A model generated the notes under the pieces. It was given only the letters and a program-made list of their open reading frames with translations, did not search any database and was not told where the DNA came from. The translations under genes were made by a program, and so were the position numbers. Positions 39,964 through 50,474 of a stretch of DNA of 64,000 nt are shown here, one piece after another; position 1 is the first letter of the stretch, and every line of letters begins with the position of its first letter. The stretch spans positions 1,760,001 through 1,824,000 of the forward strand of contig CBDCCI010000002.1 of assembly GCA_965214705.1 (NCBI GenBank), written 5' to 3'. This DNA is from Alphaproteobacteria bacterium. GTDB lineage: Bacteria > Pseudomonadota > Alphaproteobacteria > UBA828.

Positions 39964-41157
39964 TCAAACTGACGCCTTCAGACGCGTACCCAGGTAATCG
40001 ATGGCGGCGGAGGTGCCGCCCTTGCCGTGGGGGATATCGAGGGTGGCGAGACCAGTCTCGATGGCGCCGAGCGTGCCGAGCATCATGGGCGCGTTCACGT
40101 GGCCCATGTGGGCGATGCGGAGGGCGTGGCCGGAAAGCGGCCCGAGCCCGATGCCGAGGCTGACGTTGCAAACCTTCCAGACCCAGTCGAGCAGCCGGCC
40201 CAGGTGGGGCTCTTCCAGAAGAATCGTGGTTACGGTGGGCGAGCGCTCGGCGGGCTCCGGTATGTTGAAGGAGAGCGGCCCGGTTTCGCTCCAGCGCTCC
40301 ACGGCCGCCTGGGTCGCGCCCGCCAGCAGCTCGTGGCGGCGGAAGGCGGCCTCCATGCCTTCCTCGAACAGCATGTCGAGGGACTTGCGCAGGCCGAACA
40401 GCAAGTGCACCGGCGGCGTGCCGCAATATTTCATGTAGTGAAGCTCGCCCTCACGCACGGTCCAGTCCCAGTAGCGGGTGCGGAGGCCGGCGTTGGCGTG
40501 GGCGGCCAGCGCTCTTTCCCTTGCGGCGATGAAACTCAGGCCGGGCGTCATCATGAGCCCCTTCTGCGCGCCACCGACCGCGACATCAATGCCCCACGCG
40601 TCCATCTCGAACGGCATCGAGGCGAGCGAGGCGATGACATCGACCATGAAGAGGGCGCCGTGCCCGCTGCGGGCGATGGCCTGGCCCAGCGCCGCGATGT
40701 CGTTCGCGATGCCCGAGGCCGTGTCCACCTGCACTACCAGGATGGCCTTGATCTCGCCCGCACTGTCGGCACGGAGGCGCAGCTCCAAGGCCTCGGGCAA
40801 CACCGCCCGATTGGGCTCGGCCTCCAACTCCTCGACCTCGATGCCGAGCGGCTCCGCCATCTCGCCCCAGCCGACGGCGAAACGCCCGCTCTCCAGCACC
40901 AGCACCTTGTCGCCGCGCGAGAGGACGTTGGAGAGCGCCGCCTCCCAGGCGCCATGGCCGTTGGCGATGTAGATGTACGTGCGGCCCTGCTCAGTGCGGA
41001 AGACGCGCCGCAGATCGTCCAGGCAACTGTCGGTGACGGCGGTCAGCTCCTCGCCGTAGATGTCCACCGCCGGCCGCTGCATGGCCTGCAGCACCTCGTG
41101 GGGGACGGTAGTGGGGCCGGGGAGGGCCAGGAAATCGCGGCCGCGGCTTACGGTCAT
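39964..41157 (-). CDS. Class V aminotransferase (serine/alanine-glyoxylate type)
   Basis: PGPT, GHGAWEA, VD.IASL, AQKGL..PGL, RIAHMG. Confidence 0.93.
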   Translation of the reverse strand: MTVSRGRDFLALPGPTTVPHEVLQAMQRPAVDIYGEELTAVTDSCLDDLRRVFRTEQGRTYIYIANGHGAWEAALSNVLSRGDKVLVLESGRFAVGWGEMAEPLGIEVEELEAEPNRAVLPEALELRLRADSAGEIKAILVVQVDTASGIANDIAALGQAIARSGHGALFMVDVIASLASMPFEMDAWGIDVAVGGAQKGLMMTPGLSFIAARERALAAHANAGLRTRYWDWTVREGELHYMKYCGTPPVHLLFGLRKSLDMLFEEGMEAAFRRHELLAGATQAAVERWSETGPLSFNIPEPAERSPTVTTILLEEPHLGRLLDWVWKVCNVSLGIGLGPLSGHALRIAHMGHVNAPMMLGTLGAIETGLATLDIPHGKGGTSAAIDYLGTRLKASV

Positions 41158-41287
41158 GGCGCACCTCGTGGAGTTCGGCGGCCGGGCGGGCCGCCGGCGC
41201 TTGGCCTACTCCTCCCGCATCGGTTGGGCAAGCCCGTCGTTCAGTGCCTCGGCGGCATGGGACGGCCGGGGCGCGAAGGTATCTCCC

Positions 41288-42133
41288 TCACAGCCCCATC
41301 TGGGCGAGGGCCGCCTGCGTGAGGGCGCTGCCGGGGCGGCCCATCTCGCTCACCACGTTGAAGTGGTGGAGCCCTTCGATCTCCATGACGGTGGCTTCGA
41401 AGCCGCGCGCCTGCCAGGCCTCGGCGAAGGCGCGGTTCTGAGCGACGAACGCGGGCGTTTCCTCTGCCCCCACGACGGCGATCAGGGGCGCGCCGGCCGC
41501 CGGCAGGTTGTGGATCGGGCTGTTGCGCGCGGCCGATTCGGCGTCGAGCCGGACATCGTCGTTGATGCTGGTCTCCAGGATCGGCGCCAGGTCGAAGATG
41601 CCGGAGATCGGGGTGCCGCCCTTCACCAGACCGGCCGGGCGCCCGCGCGCCGCCCAGTCTGTGCAGAGCATCATGGCGGTGAGGTGCCCGCCGGCTGAAT
41701 GGCCGGAGACGAAGATGCGGTCAGGATCCCCGTTAAGCCGGCCGGCATTGTCCGCGATCCATTCGAGCGCCGTGCGGCACTGCTCGACGATGGTATCGAG
41801 GGTCACCGCAGGCGCCAGCGCGTAGTTGAGCGACACCGCCGCACCGCCGGCGGCGACGAAGCCCTCGGCGGGGAACGAGTGCACGTCCTTGTCCATGGCG
41901 CGCCAGTAGCCACCGTGGATGAAGACCTGGATCGGCGCGCAGCCCGCCGGCGCCGGGAACAGGTCGGCGGTCATGTTGGGGCCAGCGCCGTAGCGGACAT
42001 CGAGGGTACAGGCGAGGGCCTCGCGCACCCGCACGCTCTCGGCTTCCCACACCGCGAAGTAGTCTTCGAAGTCGGGGTGGCGCTTGCGCAGGTTGTAGCC
42101 CGGCTCCTGGGGCAGATCCCGTTGCTCGTTCAT
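41288..42133 (-). CDS. Alpha/beta hydrolase, arylformamidase-like
   Basis: HGGYW, GHSAGGHL, SGIFDL, HF.V. Confidence 0.9.
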   Translation of the reverse strand: MNEQRDLPQEPGYNLRKRHPDFEDYFAVWEAESVRVREALACTLDVRYGAGPNMTADLFPAPAGCAPIQVFIHGGYWRAMDKDVHSFPAEGFVAAGGAAVSLNYALAPAVTLDTIVEQCRTALEWIADNAGRLNGDPDRIFVSGHSAGGHLTAMMLCTDWAARGRPAGLVKGGTPISGIFDLAPILETSINDDVRLDAESAARNSPIHNLPAAGAPLIAVVGAEETPAFVAQNRAFAEAWQARGFEATVMEIEGLHHFNVVSEMGRPGSALTQAALAQMGL

Positions 42134-42214
42134 CCGCTTGCTCCCGTTGTTCGTCAGCGCCGTTACTCTCCCCGAAGCACGTCGAAGGCGATGCTATCAC
42201 GGACCGCCACCGCC

Positions 42215-43318
42215 TCAGCCGCGCTCGGCACTTGACTTCGTTACCGGGCCGGGCCGGTGGCGCGCCGCGTAGCGCACGAGCTTTCGCGTGAGCGTCGGGA
42301 GCGCATGTTCCGAGAAGCGCGATGGCGGGCACCAAATGCCGCTCTTCTCGGAGCCGTACTCAGTTTCCGCTGCGGCCACCAGCAGCTCGATCTCGAAATG
42401 GGTGAAGCCATGGCGGACCGGCTCCGGCAGCGCCTGCCACGCCAGCGACTGGGGCGCATGGGCCGAGGCTTCTGCTAAATCCCAGGGCTCGTTGCGCCAG
42501 GGCGTAGTCGGCAGCTCGATCATCCCGCCGAGCAGGCCCTCATCCGGCCGGCGACGCAGCAGCACGGCGCCATCTGGGCGCATCAGCCAGAAGGCGACGC
42601 CGTGGCGCAGCGGGCGCTCTCGCTTCGGCGACCGGCGCGGCAGGTTCTCCGCCGTGCCGCGCGCGCGGCCTTCGCAGGCGTTCTGCCAGGGACAGGCGAG
42701 GCAGCCGGGATTGCGCGGCGTGCAGACGCTCGCGCCGAGGTCCATCAGCGCCTGCGCGTAGTCGCCGGGGCGGGCCTCGGGCGTGAGTTCGGCGGCAAGG
42801 GCGTAGAGCGCGGTCTTCGCCTGCGGCAGCGGGGTCTCCACCGCGCGCAGGCGGGCGATCACCCGCTCCACGTTGCCGTCGACAACGGTCGCCGACCGGT
42901 CGAAAGCGATGGCCGCGATCGCCGCGGCGGTGTAGCGCCCGATCCCCGGCAGGTCCCGCAGCGCGTTCTCTTCGGCCGGGAAGCGCCCGCCGTGCTCGGC
43001 GACGAGGCGCCGCGCGCAAGCGTACAGATTGCGCGCGCGGGCGTAGTAGCCGAGCCCCTGCCAGGCGTGGAGCACGTCGTCGAGCTCGGCTTGGGCCAGC
43101 GCTTCGAGGGTCGGCCAGCGCTCCAGGAAACGCTGGAAATAGCCTCCGACCACCGGAACAGTAGTCTGCTGCAGCATGATCTCGCTGAGCCAGACCCGGT
43201 AGGGATCCGGGCGGACGCCGGGGGCGGCGCGCCAGGGCAGCCGGCGGCGGTGGCGGTCGTACCAGTCGAGCAGCGCGTGCGCCAGGTGCGCGGGCGAGGC
43301 GGGCCGGGCGGCGCTCAT
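42215..43318 (-). CDS. mutY: A/G-specific adenine glycosylase
   Basis: VWLSEIMLQQT, GLGYYARARN, LPGIGRYTA, VDGNVERV, C..R.P.C..CP....C. Confidence 0.98.
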   Translation of the reverse strand: MSAARPASPAHLAHALLDWYDRHRRRLPWRAAPGVRPDPYRVWLSEIMLQQTTVPVVGGYFQRFLERWPTLEALAQAELDDVLHAWQGLGYYARARNLYACARRLVAEHGGRFPAEENALRDLPGIGRYTAAAIAAIAFDRSATVVDGNVERVIARLRAVETPLPQAKTALYALAAELTPEARPGDYAQALMDLGASVCTPRNPGCLACPWQNACEGRARGTAENLPRRSPKRERPLRHGVAFWLMRPDGAVLLRRRPDEGLLGGMIELPTTPWRNEPWDLAEASAHAPQSLAWQALPEPVRHGFTHFEIELLVAAAETEYGSEKSGIWCPPSRFSEHALPTLTRKLVRYAARHRPGPVTKSSAERG

Positions 43319-43393
43319 GGGCGGCGGCGCTTCACAGCGGGCGTCGGAGGGCGTACACCCATGGTCTGGACCCTGCGACTCCCGGCCTCAGCC

Positions 43394-43861
43394 ATGCGCA
43401 AACCCCGCCAGGCGCAGCCGCTCGCCGCACTGATCGGTAAGATCACCGCCAAGTCCTTCGAGTCGCGCGGGCTGGTGGCGGCGGGGATTGCCACCGAATG
43501 GCCGGCGATCGTGGGCGAGGCCGTCGCCGCCTCTTCGTGGCCTGAGCGTCTGGGACGGGACGGCACGCTCAGAGTGTGCGTCTCCGGGCCAGTCGCGGTC
43601 GAGCTTCAGCATCTCGAACCCCAAATTCTGGAGCGGATCGCCGCTTTCTATGGCTACCGCGCGGTGACGCGGATTGCCTATGTAAACCGTGCGCCGTCGC
43701 CACAGCCAGCGCGGGTTTCGGAGCGCCGGACCGCGCCGAAAATCGACTCGGAGTCGGCTGCACGTGTCGAATCTGCCGTCGATTCCACCGGGGACCATCG
43801 CCTGAGGTCGGCCCTTGCGGCCCTGGGCCGGGCGGTCGCCGCCCGCTCGCAAAGAAAGTAA
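43394..43861 (+). CDS. dciA: DUF721/DciA family protein
   Basis: WPAIVG..A, ELQH.EPQILERI..FYGY; divergent from mutY as in alphaproteobacteria. Confidence 0.85.
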   Translation: MRKPRQAQPLAALIGKITAKSFESRGLVAAGIATEWPAIVGEAVAASSWPERLGRDGTLRVCVSGPVAVELQHLEPQILERIAAFYGYRAVTRIAYVNRAPSPQPARVSERRTAPKIDSESAARVESAVDSTGDHRLRSALAALGRAVAARSQRK

Positions 43862-43987
43862 GCTGTTGATAATACGCAAGTATTGCGATTGAAACCGCAG
43901 GGCGCAGCCGGGTGCTTGGGTGGCGCGGCGGCCTTCCGTGTTGAAAGCTATACAATTTGACGCAGGCGGGCGTACAGTCCGGCGCGA

Positions 43988-44731
43988 ATGGTGAACGACG
44001 TCTCTACGCCGCTGGAAGAGCCGCCGAGCACGGAAAGCGTCTCGGTGTTCTCGTCCGTGCGGCAGGTGGACCAGCCGCCATTGGCGTTGCCGCCGGGCCT
44101 CGCCTTCAATTGCCGGCTGGAGATGGAGGGGCTGCGCTTCCTCGGCCTGCTGCCTTCCGGCGCCGTTCCCGTCGCGTTCCTGGATCCGCAGTATCGCGGC
44201 GTGCTCGACCATCTCGCCTACGGCAACGAGGGTGTGCGCCGGGGCGCCGCCCGCGCCTCCCTGCCGCAGATGACCGACGAAATCCCGCAATTCATCCGCG
44301 AGATCGACCGCTGCCTGATGCCGAGCGGCCATCTCTTCCTCTGGACCGACAAGTATCACCTTTGCACCGGGATCGGCGACTGGCTTGAGGGCACGTCCCT
44401 CGAGATCGTGGACATGGTCACGTGGCACAAGAAGCGGATCGGCATGGGCTACCGCACCAGGCGCGCGAGTGAGCACCTGATCGTGCTGCAGAAGGCGCCG
44501 CGCAAGGCCAAGGGCGTGTGGAAGGTCCACACCATCCCGGATGTGTGGAGCGAGGCCATCGGCAAGCGCGACCGTGTCCATCCGAAGCCGGTGGGGCTCC
44601 AGAGCGCTTTGATCGAGGCTGTCAGCAATCCGGGTGACGTGATCATCGACCCTGCGGCCGGCTCGTTCTCGGTCATGGAGGCGTGCAGGCAGAAGGAGCG
44701 GACCTTCCTCGGATGCGACATCAACGGATGA
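43988..44731 (+). CDS. Orphan beta-class N6A/N4C DNA methyltransferase
   Basis: FLDPQY (motif IV variant), W.K, E...V..K, HPKP, IIDPAAGSF (motif I), FLGCDI. Confidence 0.88.
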   Translation: MVNDVSTPLEEPPSTESVSVFSSVRQVDQPPLALPPGLAFNCRLEMEGLRFLGLLPSGAVPVAFLDPQYRGVLDHLAYGNEGVRRGAARASLPQMTDEIPQFIREIDRCLMPSGHLFLWTDKYHLCTGIGDWLEGTSLEIVDMVTWHKKRIGMGYRTRRASEHLIVLQKAPRKAKGVWKVHTIPDVWSEAIGKRDRVHPKPVGLQSALIEAVSNPGDVIIDPAAGSFSVMEACRQKERTFLGCDING

Positions 44732-44741
44732 GGATACGCAG

Positions 44742-45362
44742 ATGATTTCGCGCCGTTTCCTGGTTGGGGCAATGGCGGTCCTACCAGCCGCCGCTATGCT
44801 GGTGCCGGTCGCGCCCGGCCGCGCCGCCGGCATCGGCGAGAGGCCCGGCGACATGGCGGTCGGCGACCCCGACGCGCCGGTCACCGTGATCGAGTTTCTC
44901 TCACTCACCTGCCCCAGTTGCTTGCGGTTCCACAAGAACGTCTACAACCGGCTGAAGCCGGAGTACGTAGACACCGGCAAGGTGCGCTTCGTGGCCCGCG
45001 ACTTTCCGCTCAACATGCCGGCCGTTGAGGCGGCAGTGCTCGCCCACTGCGCCGGCCGGGACCGCTACTTCACTTTCATCGACGTGCTGTTCCAGACCTT
45101 CGACGACTGGGCAAGTTCGCGCGACTACACGGACATGCTCGCGCAGATCGGCGAGCTGGGCGGCGTGAGCCGGGACCGGTTCGAGGAGTGCCTAAACGAC
45201 AAGGCACTCGAGAACACGATTTTCCAGTCGATAGTGGACGGCCAGGCCGAATACGACGTGAGCGGGACACCGACACTGGTCGTCAACGGCGAGAAATACG
45301 ACGGCAAGATGACCTTCGATGCGCTTTCCAGGCACATCGACCGTCTCCTCGCGGGGTCGTAG
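44742..45362 (+). CDS. DsbA-family thioredoxin-fold protein
   Basis: Tat-like SRRFL leader, GDPDAPVTVIEF.SLTCPSC, RDFPL, GTPT. Confidence 0.93.
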   Translation: MISRRFLVGAMAVLPAAAMLVPVAPGRAAGIGERPGDMAVGDPDAPVTVIEFLSLTCPSCLRFHKNVYNRLKPEYVDTGKVRFVARDFPLNMPAVEAAVLAHCAGRDRYFTFIDVLFQTFDDWASSRDYTDMLAQIGELGGVSRDRFEECLNDKALENTIFQSIVDGQAEYDVSGTPTLVVNGEKYDGKMTFDALSRHIDRLLAGS

Positions 45363-45377
45363 ACGGAGCGCACGGCC

Positions 45378-48300
45378 GTGCAGGTAACGAAGCTCAGGGT
45401 CGCGGGCTTCAAGTCCTTCGTCGAGCCGACAGAGCTGCACATCGAGCCGGGGCTCACCGGAATCGTCGGCCCCAACGGCTGCGGCAAGTCGAATCTCGTC
45501 GAGGCGATGCGCTGGGTCATGGGTGAGACCGCGCCCCGCCAGATGCGCGGCGGCGGCATGGAGGACGTGATCTTCGGCGGCACCACCCGCCGCCCGGCGC
45601 ATGATATCGCCGGGGTCACGCTCGGCCTCGACAACTCGGACGGGACGGCGCCGCGCGAATTGAGCGACGCCGCCGAGATCGAGGTGACCCGCCTCATCGA
45701 GCGCGGCGAGGGCTCGACCTATACCGTGAACGGCAACGAGGTCCGTGCTCGCGACGTGCAGCTCCTGTTTGCCGACGCCGCCACCGGCGCGCACAGCGCT
45801 GCACTGGTGGGGCAGGGGCGCATCGGCGACATCATCGGCGCGAAGCCGGCCCAGCGCCGCGCCTTGCTCGAAGAGGCGGCCGGAATCACCGGCCTGCACG
45901 CCAGGCGGCATGAAGCAGAACTCAAGCTCCGGGCGGCGGAATCCAACCTGGAGCGTCTCCAAGACGTGATCGGCACTTTGGAGACTCAACTGCGCGATCT
46001 CGAACGCCAGGCACGCCACGCCAAGCGCTACAAGCGTCTCTCCGAGAGGATTCGCGAGACCGAGGCGGCGCTGCTTCTGGTGCGCTGGATGGCGGCCCGA
46101 GCCCGTGTCGAGGAGGTGACGCGCCAAGCCGATGACGCCGCTCGCCGGGTGGCCGAGGCGACGGAGGCCGCTGCCCAGGCTGCGCGCCGGCAGGCGGACG
46201 CCGAGACGGTTCTACCCGAGCGCCGCCAGCAGGAAGCGGAGCGCGCCGCGGCCCTGCATCGGTTGCGCATCGAGCATGAACGGCTGGCCGAGGAGGAGGA
46301 GCGCGTCGCGCGCGCCCGTGAGGAGAATGCGCGCAAGCGTTCCCAGATCGCCGCCGATGTCGAACGCGAAGAAGCCCTCGCGCGGGATGCGGAGACGGCG
46401 CAGGAGCGCGTCGACGAGATCCGCGAGAGGCTCGCCCGTGCGGCCGAGGGCGATGCCGCGGCCGAGGCGGCGGCGCGCAGTGCGCGGGAGGAGGCACGCG
46501 CCGAGGTCGAGGCGGTGGAGCAACGCCTTGCGGCGCTTGCCCAGACACAGGCCAGGGCCGAGGCGGAGCGCGAGGCGCTTGGCAGGAGGATCGAGGAAGC
46601 GCGAACCCGACGTTCTCGGCTTGAGCAAGAGCTTGCGCGGGGGCGGGAGGAGCGCGCCGCGCTGGAGCGGGATGCGCCCGCCGATGGGCGGTTGTCGGAA
46701 GCCGAGGCAGAAGAACGTGTCCGGAGCGAGAGCTTCGAGGCGGCGCGCACCGCGCTGCAGGAGGCGGAGACGGCGCGGGCGGAGGCCGTAGACCGCGAAC
46801 GTGCGCTGCGCGAGAAGCTGCGCGAGGCGGACGCAGCGCTTGCAGGCGGCGAGGCCGAGCGTGCGGCCCTTACCGCGCTGCTCGACGACCCGGCCGCCGG
46901 CCCCGGCCGGGCGCTCTGGGATCGGGTTACGGTCAAGCCCGGCTTCGAGGCGGCCGTGGGCGCCGCGCTGGGTGACGACCTCCAGGCCAGCACGGACACC
47001 GACGCACCGGTCCATTGGCGAAGACTGGCGCATGCGGACGATGCCCAACCGCTGCCTGAAGGCACTGCGCCGCTGGCGGAAGCGGTTCGCGCCCCCGAAG
47101 CGCTGGCCGCTCGGCTCGCACAGATCGGGGTGGTGGCGGAGGCGGACGGAGCCCGCTTGCAGGCGGAGCTTCGTACCGGCCAGCGCCTGGTGAGCCGGGA
47201 AGGCTCGCTCTGGCGCTGGGATGGCTTCTCGGTCGCCGCCGAGGCGCCGACGGCCGCCGCCCGTCGGCTGGAGGCGCGCAACCGGCTGGCCGTGCTGGCG
47301 GAGACCTGCGCACAGGCGGAAGGCGACAAGCGCACGGCGGAGAACGCGGTCACGGCGGCGGCCGCGGCCAGGGAAGACGCCGAATTAGCGTGCCAGCGTG
47401 CCCGCTCACGTGCTGATGACGCGGCAGAGGCCTTGCGGGCGGCTCGGGAGGCGCGCGCGACGGCCTCCGCCGAGGCTACGGCCACGCGCTCGCGTCTCGC
47501 TGCGCTTGACGAAACCGCGGCGCGGCTCGAACACGAGATCACCGAGACCAGGGAGGCGGAGCGCGCAGCCCGTGCTGTGCTTGACGCGCTTCCCGCAGAG
47601 GGTGCCGGGGGCGAGGACGAGGGCGAGCGGCTACGCGCCGCTCTCGTGGGACTGCGCGCGCGCCACGAGGAGGCAGCGCAGCACCACCATAAGGTTGCGC
47701 AAGCGGCGGACGGGCGTGGCGCCCGGATCGCCGAGCTGGTGCGGGAAAGCGAGGGCTGGGCGGCGCGCGCAGACAGCGCGCGGAAGCGACTCAGCGAGCT
47801 CGCCGACCGTCTTGACGAGGCCCGATCCGAGCAAGCGGCGCTCGACGCCCGACCAGCCGAGCTCGAGGCGCGGCGCGCCGGGCTTCTGGGCACGATCGAG
47901 CAGGCGCAGGGCGAGCACCGCGCCGCCGTCGATGCCCTGGCGAGCGCCGAGAGGGAGACGAAGGAGACCGCAAGCGCGCTCAAGCAGGCCGAAGCGACTC
48001 TGGGTGAGGCGCGCGAGGCTGCGGCCCGGCTGGACGGCCTCATGACCGAGGCCGGGCAAGCGGAGACGGTTGCCGGCGCCCAGATCATGGAGCGCCTCGG
48101 CGTCGGGCCGGAACAGGCGCAGGAGATCGCCGGGATCGATCCCGATGCCGAGCTTCCCGATGCCGAAGCCGTAGAGATCAAGCTGCAGCGGCTGATGCGC
48201 GAGCGCGAGAACATCGGCGCCGTCAACCTGCGTGCGGAGGAGGAGGCGAGCGAGCTCGACGAGCGCATTCGCGAGATGCAGGACTCCCGCACCGACCTGC

Positions 48301-48839
48301 TGGAGGCGATCGGGCGCCTGCGCCGGGGCATCGCCGGCCTCAACCGCGAGGGGCGGGAGCGGATGCGGGCGGCGTTCGAAACGATCGACGGGCACTTCCG
48401 CAAGCTCTTCACGGAGCTCTTCGCTGGCGGCAAGGCGCATCTTGCACTGGTCGATTCGGACGATCCCCTGGAGGCCGGGCTGGAGATAGTGGCGAGCCCG
48501 CCCGGCAAGCGACCGCAATCGCTCTCGCTGCTCTCCGGCGGCGAAAAGGCGCTGACTGCCATCGCGCTGCTCTTCGCCGCGTTCCTCACCAACCCGGCGC
48601 CGATCTGCGTTCTTGACGAGGTGGACGCGCCGCTCGACGACAGCAACGTGGAGCGCTTCTGCACACTCATCACGCGGCTGGCGGAGGAGACCGACACGCG
48701 CTTCATCGTCGTTACCCACCATCGCATCACCATGGCCCGTGTCGACCGGCTGTTCGGCGTCACCATGGTGGAGCAGGGGGTCTCCGAACTCGTCTCGGTC
48801 GATCTGGAGCGCGCCGTGCAATTGCGCGAGACAGCCTGA
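45378..48839 (+). CDS. smc: Chromosome segregation protein SMC
   Basis: GFKSF, GPNGCGKSN, coiled coils, LSGGE, LDEVDAPLD. Confidence 0.98.
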   Translation: MQVTKLRVAGFKSFVEPTELHIEPGLTGIVGPNGCGKSNLVEAMRWVMGETAPRQMRGGGMEDVIFGGTTRRPAHDIAGVTLGLDNSDGTAPRELSDAAEIEVTRLIERGEGSTYTVNGNEVRARDVQLLFADAATGAHSAALVGQGRIGDIIGAKPAQRRALLEEAAGITGLHARRHEAELKLRAAESNLERLQDVIGTLETQLRDLERQARHAKRYKRLSERIRETEAALLLVRWMAARARVEEVTRQADDAARRVAEATEAAAQAARRQADAETVLPERRQQEAERAAALHRLRIEHERLAEEEERVARAREENARKRSQIAADVEREEALARDAETAQERVDEIRERLARAAEGDAAAEAAARSAREEARAEVEAVEQRLAALAQTQARAEAEREALGRRIEEARTRRSRLEQELARGREERAALERDAPADGRLSEAEAEERVRSESFEAARTALQEAETARAEAVDRERALREKLREADAALAGGEAERAALTALLDDPAAGPGRALWDRVTVKPGFEAAVGAALGDDLQASTDTDAPVHWRRLAHADDAQPLPEGTAPLAEAVRAPEALAARLAQIGVVAEADGARLQAELRTGQRLVSREGSLWRWDGFSVAAEAPTAAARRLEARNRLAVLAETCAQAEGDKRTAENAVTAAAAAREDAELACQRARSRADDAAEALRAAREARATASAEATATRSRLAALDETAARLEHEITETREAERAARAVLDALPAEGAGGEDEGERLRAALVGLRARHEEAAQHHHKVAQAADGRGARIAELVRESEGWAARADSARKRLSELADRLDEARSEQAALDARPAELEARRAGLLGTIEQAQGEHRAAVDALASAERETKETASALKQAEATLGEAREAAARLDGLMTEAGQAETVAGAQIMERLGVGPEQAQEIAGIDPDAELPDAEAVEIKLQRLMRERENIGAVNLRAEEEASELDERIREMQDSRTDLLEAIGRLRRGIAGLNREGRERMRAAFETIDGHFRKLFTELFAGGKAHLALVDSDDPLEAGLEIVASPPGKRPQSLSLLSGGEKALTAIALLFAAFLTNPAPICVLDEVDAPLDDSNVERFCTLITRLAEETDTRFIVVTHHRITMARVDRLFGVTMVEQGVSELVSVDLERAVQLRETA

Positions 48840-49003
48840 GCGCCCGCACGCAATTTCTGGCGGCGCAAATTCATAAGTTATTTCAGTCCTCTAAGGCGCT
48901 TGGGGGCGCCGTTTCCCCGGCTTGACAGGGGGCAGGGCAGTCCCTATGGTGCGGGCGCTTTTCGACTGCGGGGCACGCGCGCGCCCTGGCCGAGCGGGTT
49001 TGC

Positions 49004-49354
49004 ATGGACGACAAACCACGGCCATCCCTGGAGGATCTGGACTCCCGGCTGCGCAAAGCCCGAGGCGGAAACGAGTCGGGCAATCGTGGCCGGTTGCCCG
49101 ACACGCGTCTTGGGCAAGCGCTGCACCTCGCGATCGAGATGGCGGCCGCGCTGGCCGTCGGCGGCGGCATCGGCTGGCTGCTCGACGAATGGCTCGGTAC
49201 AAGGCCGTGGCTGTTCGTGGTCTTCATCTTTGTGGGGATCGCGGCCGGCATCCTGAACGCGTTTCGGGCGGCACAGAGAATGGGGGCCACGCCGTTGTCC
49301 CGCGAGAGCGCGGACGAGCGGGGTGAAGGACAAGACGGGCGAAGCCAGGGGTAG
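49004..49354 (+). CDS. atpI: AtpZ/AtpI family protein
   Basis: G..IGW.LD.WLGT.PW..G..AG..N; first gene of the F0 operon. Confidence 0.9.
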   Translation: MDDKPRPSLEDLDSRLRKARGGNESGNRGRLPDTRLGQALHLAIEMAAALAVGGGIGWLLDEWLGTRPWLFVVFIFVGIAAGILNAFRAAQRMGATPLSRESADERGEGQDGRSQG

Positions 49355-49362
49355 GACAGCCA

Positions 49363-50133
49363 GTGGCAACGACGGATAACGGCGCCGGGCATAACGGCGA
49401 CGCGCATCACGGCCCGCTCGATCAATTCGCGATCAACCGCTACGTCGAGATCGACCTCGGCGGTTTCGACGCGTCGTTCACCAACTCAGCGCTGATGATG
49501 TGCGTGACCGTGATCATCATCACGCTGCTTACCACGGTAGGCATGGGCCGCGGGCGACTGGTGCCGGGGCGGGTGCAATCCATTGTGGAGATGAGCTACG
49601 AGATGATCGCCCGAATGTTGGGCGACATCGTGGGCGGCCGCGGCGCCCAGAAGTTCTTCCCGTTCGTGTTCAGCCTGTTCATGTTCCTGCTGCTGGGCAA
49701 TGTGCTCGGGCTGATTCCCTACTCCTTCACCTTCACCAGCCACATCATCGTGACGCTCGCGTTCGCGCTGGTGGTCTTCGTCGGTGTGACGATTCTCGCG
49801 ATCGTCATCCACAAGCACCGCTTCCTGACCTTCTTCCTGCCGCCCGGCGTGCCCATGTGGATGGCGCCGCTGCTGGTGCCGATCGAGGTCGTCTCCTACA
49901 TGGCGCGGCCGATCAGCCTCTCCGTGCGGCTCTTCGCCAACATGATGGCAGGGCACTCGATCCTGCACGTGTTCGGCGCCTTCGTCTTCGTCCTGAGCTT
50001 CGCCGGCGTTCTGCCCTTCGCGTTCATCGTGGCGCTCTACGGGCTCGAACTCCTTGTCGCCGTGCTCCAGGCCTACGTCTTCACCATTCTGACCTGCCTC
50101 TACATCCGCGACGCGATCGAGTTGCATCACTGA
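49363..50133 (+). CDS. atpB: F0 ATP synthase subunit a
   Basis: RPISLSVRLFANMMAGH, LQAYVF.IL. Confidence 0.98.
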   Translation: MATTDNGAGHNGDAHHGPLDQFAINRYVEIDLGGFDASFTNSALMMCVTVIIITLLTTVGMGRGRLVPGRVQSIVEMSYEMIARMLGDIVGGRGAQKFFPFVFSLFMFLLLGNVLGLIPYSFTFTSHIIVTLAFALVVFVGVTILAIVIHKHRFLTFFLPPGVPMWMAPLLVPIEVVSYMARPISLSVRLFANMMAGHSILHVFGAFVFVLSFAGVLPFAFIVALYGLELLVAVLQAYVFTILTCLYIRDAIELHH

Positions 50134-50190
50134 GCGGCGAGACGCGGGTCACAAGCCACAAACTCCGAACAAACCGAGGGAACCAGGATC

Positions 50191-50430
50191 ATGGAAGCAG
50201 ATGCAGCGAAACTGCTCGGTCAGCTCATCGGCGGCGGTCTCGCCACGATCGGTGTGGCGGGCTCCGGTGTCGGTATCGGCATCATCTTCGGCAACTACGT
50301 CTCGGCGGCGGGACGCAACCCGGCGGCGGCGCCGAAGCTGTTCGGTAACGTGCTGCTGGGCTTCGCGCTGACCGAGGCGATCGCGCTGTTCGCGCTCGTC
50401 ATGGCCTTCATCATCCTGTTCGGCTCCTGA
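50191..50430 (+). CDS. atpE: F0 ATP synthase subunit c
   Basis: GxGxGxG, RNP loop, FALTEA. Confidence 0.98.
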   Translation: MEADAAKLLGQLIGGGLATIGVAGSGVGIGIIFGNYVSAAGRNPAAAPKLFGNVLLGFALTEAIALFALVMAFIILFGS

Positions 50431-50474
50431 TCGACGGCAGTCCGGCTGCCTGAGACGGAGGCAGGAGGCGCCCC

